This document shows positions 1 through 9,055 of a stretch of 64,000 bases of DNA, piece after piece. The stretch lies in the NCBI GenBank assembly GCA_029247365.1, contig JAQWLJ010000011.1:82890-146889 (forward strand). The letters run 5' to 3'. This DNA is from Acidimicrobiales bacterium (lineage in GTDB: Bacteria; Actinomycetota; Acidimicrobiia; Acidimicrobiales; Aldehydirespiratoraceae). The number at the start of each line of letters is the position of its first letter. Positions within the stretch are counted from its first letter, which is position 1. The notes under the pieces were generated by a model. That model saw nothing but the letters and a program-made list of their open reading frames with translations. It searched no databases and was not told the DNA's origin. The position numbers were made by a program, and so were the translations under genes.

Positions 1-1103
1 GCACCCGCCTCAAGCGCCGCGACCGCGGCGGCGATGGGCGCACGCTCGATATCGAGCATCTCATCGACGAGCCCAGGGTCGTCCCACTCTGGGTCGACTG
101 GGACGGCTGCAAGCGCTGCGAGGTCGAGCGCCTCCACCTCGGCGACAGTCTTGCGCATGTACGGAAGCGTGTCCTCGCGGGTCCCCCACGTGGTCGCGAG
201 CGCCAGTTCGTGAAGGATCAGGTCGGCCTTGTCCCAGCCGACGAGGTCGAGTAGTTCGAACGCCTTCTGGGTGTAGATGATCCCGTGGCCGTAGCTGAGG
301 TGGTGCATCGAGGCGGCCTCAATGAAGAGCTCGCGCACCTCGGCCGGATCGGCCTCGGCCGCGAGATAACGGGCGATCCCCATCGCTGCGTTGTGATCCT
401 CGCGCTCGACGGCAGCGATGAGATCGCCGATCTGGGGATCGCGACGCAGCCGAGCAGGTCGGCCCCGCGTGAGCTCGGCAAGCCCGGCGAGGCCCTGCAC
501 CAGGGGCAGCACTCGCTCGTCGCCATCGCGCTCGACGGCCCAGGCGAGACAGTCGACGGCCGTGGCCATGGCATGCCCCGGGCCCCACTCCTCGCGAGGT
601 AGGGCGTGCTCGAAACCAACCCACGCGATGGCTTCGGGCGTGGCGTCACTGGCCATGAGACGGATCGAATCTCGGGCGACCTGACCGACATAGTTGCCCT
701 CGACGCCCCGCTGGAGGCTCGGCCAGAGACGCTCACGCTCCTCGTCGGGGGTCGGCTCGATGACGGTCACCCACACCTCGCCGTTCTCGACCTTCACCGC
801 ATGGCACGGAACGCCCTCTTCGCCCATCACGCACTCGCCGGTGTCAACCCGGAACTTCCAGTTGTGCCACTGGCACGTGACAAGCTCTCCATCGAGCGCG
901 CCTGTCACCAGCCCATAACCCTGGTGTGGGCACGCGTTGTCGATCGCGTGAATGCCGGATGCGGTTCGGATCACGGCAACGCGACGCTCACCGACCTTCG
1001 CCATCTTCATCTCGCCCTCGGCGAAGTCGTCGACCGCCCCGACCACGACAGTGGTACTGCGCGCGCCTGGGTCCGGGCAGTTGGTCTCCGGCGCGACGGT
1101 CAT
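1..1103 (-). CDS. Rieske [2Fe-2S] domain protein, 3' end cut by window edge
   Basis: Absent from the ORF track because it is open at the window edge. My own minus-strand translation from ATG (1103..1101) runs stop-free to base 1: MTVAPETNCPDPGARSTTVVVGAVDDFAEGEMKMAKVGERRVAVIRTASGIHAIDNACPHQGYGLVTGALDGELVTCQWHNWKF... This carries the Rieske ligand motifs CPH and CQWH. GC3 is high. The listed ORFs 218..736(-) and 606..1169(+) are off-frame shadows. Confidence 0.75.
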   Translation of the reverse strand, partial: MTVAPETNCPDPGARSTTVVVGAVDDFAEGEMKMAKVGERRVAVIRTASGIHAIDNACPHQGYGLVTGALDGELVTCQWHNWKFRVDTGECVMGEEGVPCHAVKVENGEVWVTVIEPTPDEERERLWPSLQRGVEGNYVGQVARDSIRLMASDATPEAIAWVGFEHALPREEWGPGHAMATAVDCLAWAVERDGDERVLPLVQGLAGLAELTRGRPARLRRDPQIGDLIAAVEREDHNAAMGIARYLAAEADPAEVRELFIEAASMHHLSYGHGIIYTQKAFELLDLVGWDKADLILHELALATTWGTREDTLPYMRKTVAEVEALDLAALAAVPVDPEWDDPGLVDEMLDIERAPIAAAVAALEAG

Positions 1104-1262
1104 GCCCGGATCGTAGAACTTCGAGTGCGCCTCCGCTCAAGGCAGACCCCTGGCAACGTCCAACGGTGACGGCCTCCTGACCGTCGGGGAGGTGGCCGAG
1201 GGTTGTGGTCTCACCCCATCCGCCGTGCGCTAACCCAACGACGCAACCGCTACCGTCACGCC

Positions 1263-1763
1263 ATGAACGAACTCGTCCTCCAACCTGCCGAGTGGATCGA
1301 CAAGGCCCCGATCAAGATCCGTGCATCACGCGAGATCATCGCATCGCCAGACGAGGTCTGGGCCGTGCTCGTGGCTCATGAACGCTGGCCCGAGTGGTTC
1401 GACACGATCGAGCGGGCTGAACGCACCGGGGGCGACGGATTCGGCTCGACCCGGTCCGTCTGGGTCAAGAAGTGGCGAATCGATGAGGAGTTCATTGTGT
1501 GGGACCAACCCACAGCGTTCGGGTTCATCATCCTTGCCGCCGACGGCCCGCTAGGCCGATTGTCGCAGACCGTCCTCGAGCGGATCGATATCCAGGTGCT
1601 GTCCACCGACCGCGTTCGTGTCACCTACATGCAGGGATTTGAGGCGCGTTCGAAGGTGGCCGCCCGGATACTGCGACTCGCGTCGAAGGGTCTGATGAAG
1701 GCAGTGGACGCCGCTCTCGTTGAGCTCGCAACCCACATCGAACGCGAACGCACCGCCGATTAG
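1263..1763 (+). CDS. SRPBCC (START/Bet v1-like, polyketide cyclase/dehydrase) family protein
   Basis: ORF 1203..1763. The pattern IKIRASREIIASPDEVWAVL...WPEWF is typical of SRPBCC proteins. The internal ATG at 1263 (MNELVL) is the preferred start. Confidence 0.6.
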   Translation: MNELVLQPAEWIDKAPIKIRASREIIASPDEVWAVLVAHERWPEWFDTIERAERTGGDGFGSTRSVWVKKWRIDEEFIVWDQPTAFGFIILAADGPLGRLSQTVLERIDIQVLSTDRVRVTYMQGFEARSKVAARILRLASKGLMKAVDAALVELATHIERERTAD

Positions 1764-1809
1764 CCGATCGGTCTCGGAAGCTCATCGGCTGTGCTGCGAA
1801 CAGCGCGCG

Positions 1810-2850
1810 TCAACTTAGCCAGGTCTTGACCTTTTCAATATCGGCAAGCTGGTTCGGGCCGGTGGGCGAAATCTGAAGCTGGGTCACACCAGCGGCGCGG
1901 AACGCTTCAACCCGCTCCCGAACGTAGCCCTCGTCGCCGACGAGGGCGGTCGCGTCGAGGTACTCCTGCGGCACGAGCGCCATTGCCTCTTCCTTCTTGC
2001 CATCGAGGTAGAGATCTTGGATCTGCTCCGCCTCGTCTTCGTAGCCGTACTTGCGGAAGATGTTGTTGTAGAAGTTCGTTCCCTTGGCTCCCATGCCGCC
2101 CACGTAGAGCGCCGCCATGAAGCGACCGGCATCGCGGAGCTTGCCGGCCATCTCATCGTCGTCGGTGATGCACAGTGCGCCTCCGGCGGAGATCTCGAGC
2201 GGACCGAGTGATGCATCGCGCTTTGCCGCGCCGGCAGCGAGATCATCAGCCCACACCGAATCGGACTTGTCGGGGTGGAAGAACGCGGGAAGCCAGCCAT
2301 CTGCGACCTCGGCGGTCAGTTCGACGTTCTTTGGGCCAAGCGACGCGAGGTAAATCGGGATGTCTTCACGCACCGGATGGTTGATCAGCTTCAACGGCTT
2401 CCCGAGCCCGGTGCCCTCATCCTCGGGCAGTGGCAGCGTGTAGCTGGCGCCATCATGGACGACCCGCTCTCGGCGCCACACCTTGCGGCAGATCTCCATG
2501 ATCTCGCGCTGACGGCCGAGTGGACGGTCGTACTTGACCCCGTGGAAACCCTCGATCACCTGGGGACCAGAGGCCCCGAGGCCCAAAATGAATCGGCCAC
2601 TCGACACTGCGTCGAGACCAGCGGCGGTCATCGCAATTGTCGATGGGGTTCGGCCGTAGATGTTGAAGATGCCCGAGCCCAACAGCATCGTGTCGGTCTT
2701 TGCCGCGAGGTAGCCGAGGATCGAGACGGCATCGAAGCCGTAGAGCTCCGGCACCCACCCAATGTCGATACCGGCGCGTTCGAGTTCGCCAGCTTCGGCC
2801 GCGGCCAGCCGCGGATCGCCAGAGTACGTGAGCATCATCGACAGCTTCAT
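1810..2850 (-). CDS. LLM-class (luciferase-like) F420-dependent oxidoreductase
   Basis: 346-aa ORF with GWVPELYGFDAVSILGYLAAKT...RFILGLGASGPQVIEGFHG, typical of luciferase-like monooxygenase-family F420 enzymes. Confidence 0.8.
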   Translation of the reverse strand: MKLSMMLTYSGDPRLAAAEAGELERAGIDIGWVPELYGFDAVSILGYLAAKTDTMLLGSGIFNIYGRTPSTIAMTAAGLDAVSSGRFILGLGASGPQVIEGFHGVKYDRPLGRQREIMEICRKVWRRERVVHDGASYTLPLPEDEGTGLGKPLKLINHPVREDIPIYLASLGPKNVELTAEVADGWLPAFFHPDKSDSVWADDLAAGAAKRDASLGPLEISAGGALCITDDDEMAGKLRDAGRFMAALYVGGMGAKGTNFYNNIFRKYGYEDEAEQIQDLYLDGKKEEAMALVPQEYLDATALVGDEGYVRERVEAFRAAGVTQLQISPTGPNQLADIEKVKTWLS

Positions 2851-2860
2851 GGCGGCGAAG

Positions 2861-3691
2861 CTACTCGGCGGGATCGAAGGGGACGAGCTCGGTCAGTTGC
2901 TCCATCGAGTCGACCCATTCCTCGACCGTCGACCGCCACGGCGCCGACACAACGTGATGGACACCGGCTTCGGCGTACGCTGCGGCTTCCTCGCGGATCT
3001 GCTCGGGATCCATGCCGTTGGGATCCCAGCCGGTCCGGTAGGAGATGACGAAGTCGTCGCGTGCGCCTTCATCCTTGAGTCGTTGGATGAGCTTGGCCAT
3101 CTCGTCCGGCTCAGTGGAGATGCCCTGGTACCCGTCGTGGCGTGCGGCGCGCCTGATGGCCGCATCGGCCCCACCCCCGACCCAGATGGGGATTCGCGCT
3201 TCGGGTTTGGGCTGGAGCTTCATACCCTCAAAGTCATAGAAGCCACCGTCGTGACTCACCGGGTCGGTCTCCCACGCCGCGCGGTAGATGTCGAGCGCCT
3301 CGTCCATGCGCTTACCGCGCGTTGCAAAGTCCTGGTCGAGAGCAGCGAACTCGGCTGCCGACCATCCAACCCCGACGCCAAGCGTCAGGCGGCCACCGCT
3401 GAGCTTGTCGAGGCTGGCAAGGCTGTTCGCCATGCCGAGTGGGTGGTGGTGCGGTACCACGAGCACGCTCGTACCCAGCCGGACCCGACTGGTTGCTGCG
3501 GCAGCCCATGCCATCGTCAGCAGTGGCTCATAGAGGTAGGGCGACGGATACCCCTGTTCGGCAGGAACGACGACATGATCGGACACCCACACGTCCTGAA
3601 AACCGAGTTCCTCGGCCCGACGCGCAACGGTCGTGATCGCGTCAGCCGACGCCGCTCGTCCGTACTGGGGCAGGTGGATTCCGAGACGCAT
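2861..3691 (-). CDS. LLM-class F420-dependent oxidoreductase (second paralogue)
   Basis: 276-aa ORF with MRLGIHLPQYGR...GFQDVWVSDHVV...GGRLTLGVGVGWSAAEF. It lies 10 bp upstream of the previous LLM gene on the same strand. Confidence 0.75.
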   Translation of the reverse strand: MRLGIHLPQYGRAASADAITTVARRAEELGFQDVWVSDHVVVPAEQGYPSPYLYEPLLTMAWAAAATSRVRLGTSVLVVPHHHPLGMANSLASLDKLSGGRLTLGVGVGWSAAEFAALDQDFATRGKRMDEALDIYRAAWETDPVSHDGGFYDFEGMKLQPKPEARIPIWVGGGADAAIRRAARHDGYQGISTEPDEMAKLIQRLKDEGARDDFVISYRTGWDPNGMDPEQIREEAAAYAEAGVHHVVSAPWRSTVEEWVDSMEQLTELVPFDPAE

Positions 3692-3738
3692 GGCGCCGAG
3701 TGTTGCAGGCGGCGCGGCGCGTGGGCCAACGTTGGGCC

Positions 3739-4926
3739 ATGAGCATGAACGACATCGGACCTGACATCGCCGCAGCCGCCGCCGGAATCGACGCAGAGAC
3801 CGTCGAACTCCGCCGCGCGATCCACGCCGACCCTGAGCTCGGGCTCGACCTCCCGCGCACCCAGGAAAAGATCACCGAGGCACTCACCGGCCTCGGACTC
3901 GACATCACGCTCGGCCGGTCGACCACGTCGGTCGTCGCCGACCTCGACACCGGCAAGCCCGGCCCTACCGTGCTGCTGCGTGGCGACATGGATGCGCTGC
4001 CGCTCCAGGAGGACTACCCGTCTGACTTCACGTCGCAGCACGACGGCCGGATGCACGCCTGTGGACACGACACCCATGTGTCGATGCTGGTCGGCGCGGC
4101 CAAACTCCTTGCCGACAGTAAGGACACCCTTACCGGCAAGGTCAGGTTCATGTTCCAACCCGGCGAAGAAGGCTTCCACGGCGCCAAATACATGATCGAC
4201 GAGGGCGTCCTCGATGGTGTCGACCGCGCCTTCGCTATCCACGTCACCACAAACCAGAAACCCGGCATGGTCGCCACCAAGGCGGGCGCACTGCTTGCGT
4301 CTGCTGACAAGTTCAGCATCACGATTCATGGTGAGGGTGGCCACGCCTCGGCCCCGCATCACTGCGCCGACCCGATCCCAGCCATGGCCCAGACCATCAC
4401 CGGTATCCACACCATGGTCGGCCGTTCGGTCGAGGCCACCCGCGCCGGGCTCGTCACGGTCGCTCACGTCCGGGCCGGCACCACCAACAACATCATCCCA
4501 CCCCACGCCTGGATGGAAGGAACGATTCGCAGCCACGACGAAGAAACCCGCGCCACGCTCAAGGCCAATCTCGCTCGCGTCGCAGAAGGCACCTCTGCTG
4601 CTCACGGCTGCAGCTGCAAGACCGAGATCGACCCCGGCTACCCCGTCACGGTCAACCATGACGATCAGGCCGAACTCGTCGGCGACGTCACCCACAGGAT
4701 CCTCGGCGAGGAGAACTTCACGATCATGCCGCGGGCGATCATGGGAGCCGAAGACTTCAGCTATGTCCTCCAGCACGTTCCGGGCGCGATGGCGTTCCTT
4801 GGCGTGTGTCCCAAAGATGAATCACCGTCGACCGCGGCACCCAACCACTCCAACCTCATGCGGGTCAACGAAGACGCCATGAAGAACGGTGTGGCGCTCT
4901 ATACCGCGATGGCCCTCGTCGGCTGA
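3739..4926 (+). CDS. M20 family amidohydrolase (N-acyl-L-amino acid amidohydrolase / hippurate hydrolase-like)
   Basis: ORF 3700..4926 with HADPELG...LLRGDMDALP...MHACGHDTH...FQPGEEG motifs. ATG 3739 is the preferred start. It is divergent from the LLM gene. Confidence 0.8.
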   Translation: MSMNDIGPDIAAAAAGIDAETVELRRAIHADPELGLDLPRTQEKITEALTGLGLDITLGRSTTSVVADLDTGKPGPTVLLRGDMDALPLQEDYPSDFTSQHDGRMHACGHDTHVSMLVGAAKLLADSKDTLTGKVRFMFQPGEEGFHGAKYMIDEGVLDGVDRAFAIHVTTNQKPGMVATKAGALLASADKFSITIHGEGGHASAPHHCADPIPAMAQTITGIHTMVGRSVEATRAGLVTVAHVRAGTTNNIIPPHAWMEGTIRSHDEETRATLKANLARVAEGTSAAHGCSCKTEIDPGYPVTVNHDDQAELVGDVTHRILGEENFTIMPRAIMGAEDFSYVLQHVPGAMAFLGVCPKDESPSTAAPNHSNLMRVNEDAMKNGVALYTAMALVG

Positions 4927-4968
4927 GGCGAACCAGCTCCGGTGCGGCTGCATCGCCAGCCGCGCTAA

Positions 4969-5754
4969 CTACATCGTGAACCGCAGGTTGCGAGCCGCCT
5001 TCTCGCCCCACTCGGCGTCGCCCGTCCACGAGATTCGGCCGGCGTCGATGCGTTCCTGCGGATCGACGCGGCCACAGGCAAGCATCACGAACGTTTCGGT
5101 GTCAGCGTTGAGCGTGAACGTTGGGTCATCGACCGAGTCGACGAGACCGGCCCGGCCGTCGACTGCGACGTGGATCGTGCGCGGCGCACCACCAGTGACG
5201 TTCACCGTCATCGACATACCGTCCTCGAGACCAATCTTCTTGCCGGCGATGTAGCCCATCGACCGGTGGACCTCGTTGAGCGCCTGCTCGGCGGTTGCGC
5301 CACCATCGGGTAACTCGATGCCGAGCGGCAGTGCGCAATCGCGCGCATGCACCCACATGTCGAAGACGCGGATCTGCAGGAAGTTGCCGTAGGCCTGCGG
5401 CCCAACCGGGGTCATCGACGGTTGATCGACGGTTGTTGGATCGAGCGATTCGAGGTGCGCGAGACGCGCATCGCCGATGTCGCGGATCGCCGTCCGGAAC
5501 GCGTCGGCGTCCATTGCTGCTGCTTCCTCCATGAACGACATGACGACGCCGAAGTCAAACAGCTGCTCGGGATCGGGCTCCCAACCGGTGAGCGCCTTCT
5601 CGATGCTGACAGCGTGGGCAATGCAAGCTTTCACATCCCAGTCGGGGCACAGGGACTGCGCGGCGAGTTGCTCGTCAGTCAATTCGGCGATCAGGTCGTC
5701 GATTTCCGTAAGCGCGGTGCGATGGGCGTCGATGAATTCAGCGAGAGACTTCAT
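4969..5754 (-). CDS. DinB/MDMPI-type (mycothiol-dependent maleylpyruvate isomerase-like N-domain) protein with SCP2-like C-terminus
   Basis: ORF 4969..5805. The N-terminus LTEIDDLIAELTDEQLAAQSLCPDWDVKACIAH fits the TIGR03083-like actinobacterial DinB fold. The C-terminal TFVMLACGRVDP...ISWTGD resembles a sterol-carrier-like domain. Start MKSLAEF at 5754. Confidence 0.6.
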   Translation of the reverse strand: MKSLAEFIDAHRTALTEIDDLIAELTDEQLAAQSLCPDWDVKACIAHAVSIEKALTGWEPDPEQLFDFGVVMSFMEEAAAMDADAFRTAIRDIGDARLAHLESLDPTTVDQPSMTPVGPQAYGNFLQIRVFDMWVHARDCALPLGIELPDGGATAEQALNEVHRSMGYIAGKKIGLEDGMSMTVNVTGGAPRTIHVAVDGRAGLVDSVDDPTFTLNADTETFVMLACGRVDPQERIDAGRISWTGDAEWGEKAARNLRFTM

Positions 5755-5903
5755 GGGTCGAGAACGTAGTTGCCGGCACGCCGCAGCACCGAACGGCCAT
5801 TTCATTCAACCGGCGCTCGCCGACGAACCCGAACCGGACCACGACCTCAAGGACGAAGGCACGGGTTAGCGACCGTTAACTTGAGCGCTATAGAGTGCCG
5901 CTT

Positions 5904-7112
5904 ATGAGCGACACTGAACTGCAGAAGGTCGATGCCGCCATCGACACCCTCCTCGAGGCCCACGATCCGAAGGCCCAGGGGTACGAAGAGTTCCGAGGCC
6001 ATCAGTTCGACCACGGTCTGGCGTGGGTCATGTACCCCGAAGGACGAGGCGGTCTCGGGGTGCGTCCACAGCTGCAGAAGCACGTCAACCAGCGCCTCCA
6101 CGCCGTTGGTGCGCCCCCGATGGAAGCGTCGATGTTCTTCATTGCGCTGGCCGGTCCGACGATCGTCACCCACGGCTCCGAGGAAGTGAAGGAGCGCTTC
6201 CTTCGCCCAATGTTTACCGGTGAGGAGAAGTGGTGCCAGCTGTTCTCCGAGCCCGGTGCCGGCTCCGACTTCGCGGGCCTCGGTACCAAGGCCGTCCGTG
6301 ACGGTGACGAGTGGCTCATCAACGGCCAGAAGGTCTGGAACACGCTCGCCCACGTCGCCGACTTCGGCATGCTCGTCACCCGCACCGACCCCAACGTCCC
6401 CAAGCATCGGGGCATGACGTACTTCGCGCTCGACATGAAGGCACCCGGGGTCGAGGTTCGGCCGCTTCGCCAGATCACCGGTGAGGCCGAGTTCAACGAG
6501 GTCTACATGACCGATGTGCGCGTCCACGACGACAACCGCATCGGCGCCGAGGGCGAGGGTTGGCGCGCCGCGCTCACCACCCTGATGAATGAGCGCACCG
6601 CTATCGGTGGCGGTGGTGGCGGCGGTGGCGGCCCCAAGCGAGGCAGTGGCGCCATTGGCCAGCTCGTGCGTGTCTGGGAAAACGCAGTCGACGACCAGAA
6701 AACACCTGCCAACCTCGACGATGTCATGAAGCTCTGGGTGCGCGCTGAGACGCTGCGCCTCACCAACATGCGCGCTGGCCAGCTCGCCAAGGCCGGCAAT
6801 CCCGGCCCCGAGGGGTCGGTCGGCAAGTCGATGATGGCCAATCTCAATCAGGACATCTATGAGAAGTCGATCGACCTGCAGGGCATGGCTGGCCAGATCG
6901 ATTTTGACTACACCTTCCGTCGACCTGGCGAAGTCGACCTGTCCGGTACCGGCGGCGGTGAGGGGTATGCGTTCTTGCGAGCTCGGGCCAACACGATCGA
7001 GGGTGGCACCACCGAGGTGATGAAGAACATCCTCGGCGAGCAGGTACTCGGTCTGCCCGGTGAGCCGCGAGTCGATAAGGAGATCCCCTGGGTCGACGTC
7101 CCGCGTGGCTGA
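5904..7112 (+). CDS. acyl-CoA dehydrogenase
   Basis: ORF 5895..7112 with WCQLFSEPGAGSDFAGLGTKAVRDGDEWLINGQKVWNT...EGEGW, typical of the ACAD middle and C-terminal domains. The start is GTG 5895 or ATG 5904. It contains a 9-Gly run. Confidence 0.85.
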   Translation: MSDTELQKVDAAIDTLLEAHDPKAQGYEEFRGHQFDHGLAWVMYPEGRGGLGVRPQLQKHVNQRLHAVGAPPMEASMFFIALAGPTIVTHGSEEVKERFLRPMFTGEEKWCQLFSEPGAGSDFAGLGTKAVRDGDEWLINGQKVWNTLAHVADFGMLVTRTDPNVPKHRGMTYFALDMKAPGVEVRPLRQITGEAEFNEVYMTDVRVHDDNRIGAEGEGWRAALTTLMNERTAIGGGGGGGGGPKRGSGAIGQLVRVWENAVDDQKTPANLDDVMKLWVRAETLRLTNMRAGQLAKAGNPGPEGSVGKSMMANLNQDIYEKSIDLQGMAGQIDFDYTFRRPGEVDLSGTGGGEGYAFLRARANTIEGGTTEVMKNILGEQVLGLPGEPRVDKEIPWVDVPRG

Positions 7113-8262
7113 CATCCCGGAGATCCACGGGACCGTCGAGCCCGGTTGGGAGGGAGTGCGCGACGCCTTCGCGAACAACTTCGCGCACGGTCTCGAGGTC
7201 GGCGCTTGCGCGTTCGTGACCCGGCACGGCAGACCCGTGGTCGACATCTGGGCTGGTGATCGAGGGCCCGACGGCACGCCGTGGGCCGAGGACACAATCG
7301 TCAACGTCTATTCGACGACCAAGACGATGTGCGGCATCTCGCTCATGATGCTCGTCGACCGCGGTTTGGTCGACCCTCACGCGCCGGTCGCAACCTACTG
7401 GCCCGAGTTCGCCGCCAACGGCAAAGACATGATCACCGTTGCGCAGGTCATGGCGCACACATCTGGGCTGGCTGGGTTCGAGCCTGCTATCTCCGCCGAG
7501 ACGCTCTATGACTGGGACCGGTGCTGCGAGATTCTCGCCGCCATGACGCCATGGTGGGAACCCGGCACCATCGCCGGCTACCACGCCATCACGCACGGCT
7601 ATCTGCAAGGCGAGATCGTCCGGCGCGTCGACGGCCGGTCACTCGGCACGTTCTTTCGCGAGGAAGTCGCTGAACCGCTTGGGGCCGACTTCCACATCGG
7701 CTTCGGTCCTGAACTCGATCCCCGCTGTGGCGAGCTGATCCCACACGACAGCAACGCTCTCACTGATCCCGACATCGATCTCGAATCCATCGCCGGCCGA
7801 ACCGCCAGTAGCTGCCATCTCGATGCGACCGAGCCGCAACGCCGCGAATGGCGCGCGGCTGAGATACCCGCCGCCGGGGGGTTCGGCAATGCCCGCTCGG
7901 TTGGTCGGATCCACTCGGCGCTTGCCTGCGGTGGCACGGTCGACGGCGTGACCCTGATGCGGCCCGAAACAGTGGGTCGCATCGCCGAGGAACAGTACGC
8001 CGGACCCGACGTCATCCTCGCCGGCGACGCCGACCTTCGCTACGGCCTCGGCTTTGGCCTGCCGAGCGATCGTGTACCACTCCCGAGCCCCAATTCGTTC
8101 TTCTGGGGCGGTTGGGGTGGCTCGCTTGCGGTGATCGACCCTGACACACAGATGTCGGTCACGTACGTGATGAATCGCATGGCCCCGACGCTGCAGGGAG
8201 AAACCCGGGGTGGATCGGTGTTGCTGTCGGCCTACGGCGCGCTCATGACGGGCGCCACCTGA
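7105..8262 (+). CDS. serine hydrolase, beta-lactamase/esterase (class C-like) family
   Basis: ORF 7060..8262 with the S-x-x-K motif YSTTKTMCG. GTG 7105 overlaps the ACAD stop (7110..7112) by 8 nt, which suggests translational coupling. Confidence 0.8.
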   Translation: MADIPEIHGTVEPGWEGVRDAFANNFAHGLEVGACAFVTRHGRPVVDIWAGDRGPDGTPWAEDTIVNVYSTTKTMCGISLMMLVDRGLVDPHAPVATYWPEFAANGKDMITVAQVMAHTSGLAGFEPAISAETLYDWDRCCEILAAMTPWWEPGTIAGYHAITHGYLQGEIVRRVDGRSLGTFFREEVAEPLGADFHIGFGPELDPRCGELIPHDSNALTDPDIDLESIAGRTASSCHLDATEPQRREWRAAEIPAAGGFGNARSVGRIHSALACGGTVDGVTLMRPETVGRIAEEQYAGPDVILAGDADLRYGLGFGLPSDRVPLPSPNSFFWGGWGGSLAVIDPDTQMSVTYVMNRMAPTLQGETRGGSVLLSAYGALMTGAT

Positions 8263-8263
8263 T

Positions 8264-8929
8264 TCAGCGGCCGGCGATCTCGGCGATCTCCGGATAGAGC
8301 TGCGTCTTGATCAGCGCGAGGTTGTCGCCTGCAGTGGACGCAACCGCAGCGACGCGTTCGACGACTGCGCCGGTCAGTGTCTCGAGAGCACAGGCACCGT
8401 CAACAATCCCGGCATCGGCGGCCTCGAGCCCTGCGTAGCGGTGACCGACGACCACTGCCCTCTGCTTCTCGGCGTTGGACAGCCGAGCATCAACCACCGA
8501 CATCAGCGGTCGCGGGAAGTTCATCGACAGGTGGACCTCGGGGAGATTCCAGTACCCCCGGTCTTCACGCATCAACGCCTGGTCGTGAGCGAGCACCAGG
8601 AAAGCGCCAAGCCCGAAGGCATGGCCGGTGACCGCAGCGCCAGTAGGCGCGCTCAGCAGCATGATCCGGTGGACCAGCGAGAAGCAGGTCTCAACGTAGG
8701 CCCCCACTTCCACAGCAGTGCATTCGGCCATATACGGCGTATCGAGGCCGTTCGAATAGTGCTTCGGTGCCGACGAGGTGGTGACCAGACCTTTCGGCCC
8801 GTCAGCAGCATCGATCTCGTCGAGCAATTCGTTCATGGCCGAAATCCAGGCCACAGAGGTCATGTTGAGATCGTCACCGATGTCGATGACGAAGACGTCA
8901 CCGGTGCGGATCATGGTCGGATTTCCCAT
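8264..8929 (-). CDS. enoyl-CoA hydratase/isomerase (crotonase) family protein
   Basis: ORF 8264..8995 with crotonase-like GAAVTGHAFGLGAFLVLAHD and NLPEVHL segments. Start is uncertain (ATG 8929 or 8914). The sequence upstream of 8929 is AT-rich and looks non-coding. Confidence 0.6.
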   Translation of the reverse strand: MGNPTMIRTGDVFVIDIGDDLNMTSVAWISAMNELLDEIDAADGPKGLVTTSSAPKHYSNGLDTPYMAECTAVEVGAYVETCFSLVHRIMLLSAPTGAAVTGHAFGLGAFLVLAHDQALMREDRGYWNLPEVHLSMNFPRPLMSVVDARLSNAEKQRAVVVGHRYAGLEAADAGIVDGACALETLTGAVVERVAAVASTAGDNLALIKTQLYPEIAEIAGR

Positions 8930-9055
8930 GGCAGGAAACCCTAGTTTTCCTCTGATTTCATGGACAAACTCAATCAAACCTGAATGCACATGCACTGTTG
9001 CGGACCTGGAGCGGGGGCCGAATCCGAGACCGTGCGGGGGCGTTGGAGGGCCGAA

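Noticed and set aside
5847-7304. Very long ORFs antisense to real genes. Examples are 5847..7304(-) opposite the ACAD, 3517..4776(-) opposite the M20 gene, 37950..39581(+) opposite glnS, 47535..48983(-) opposite the TetR/ADC genes and 8984..10012(+) opposite MMPL.
   Set aside because: These are typical high-GC shadow frames. Their translations are Arg/Gly/Ala/Pro/His-rich with no motifs, while the opposite strand encodes proteins with clear family signatures and the proper GC3 bias.
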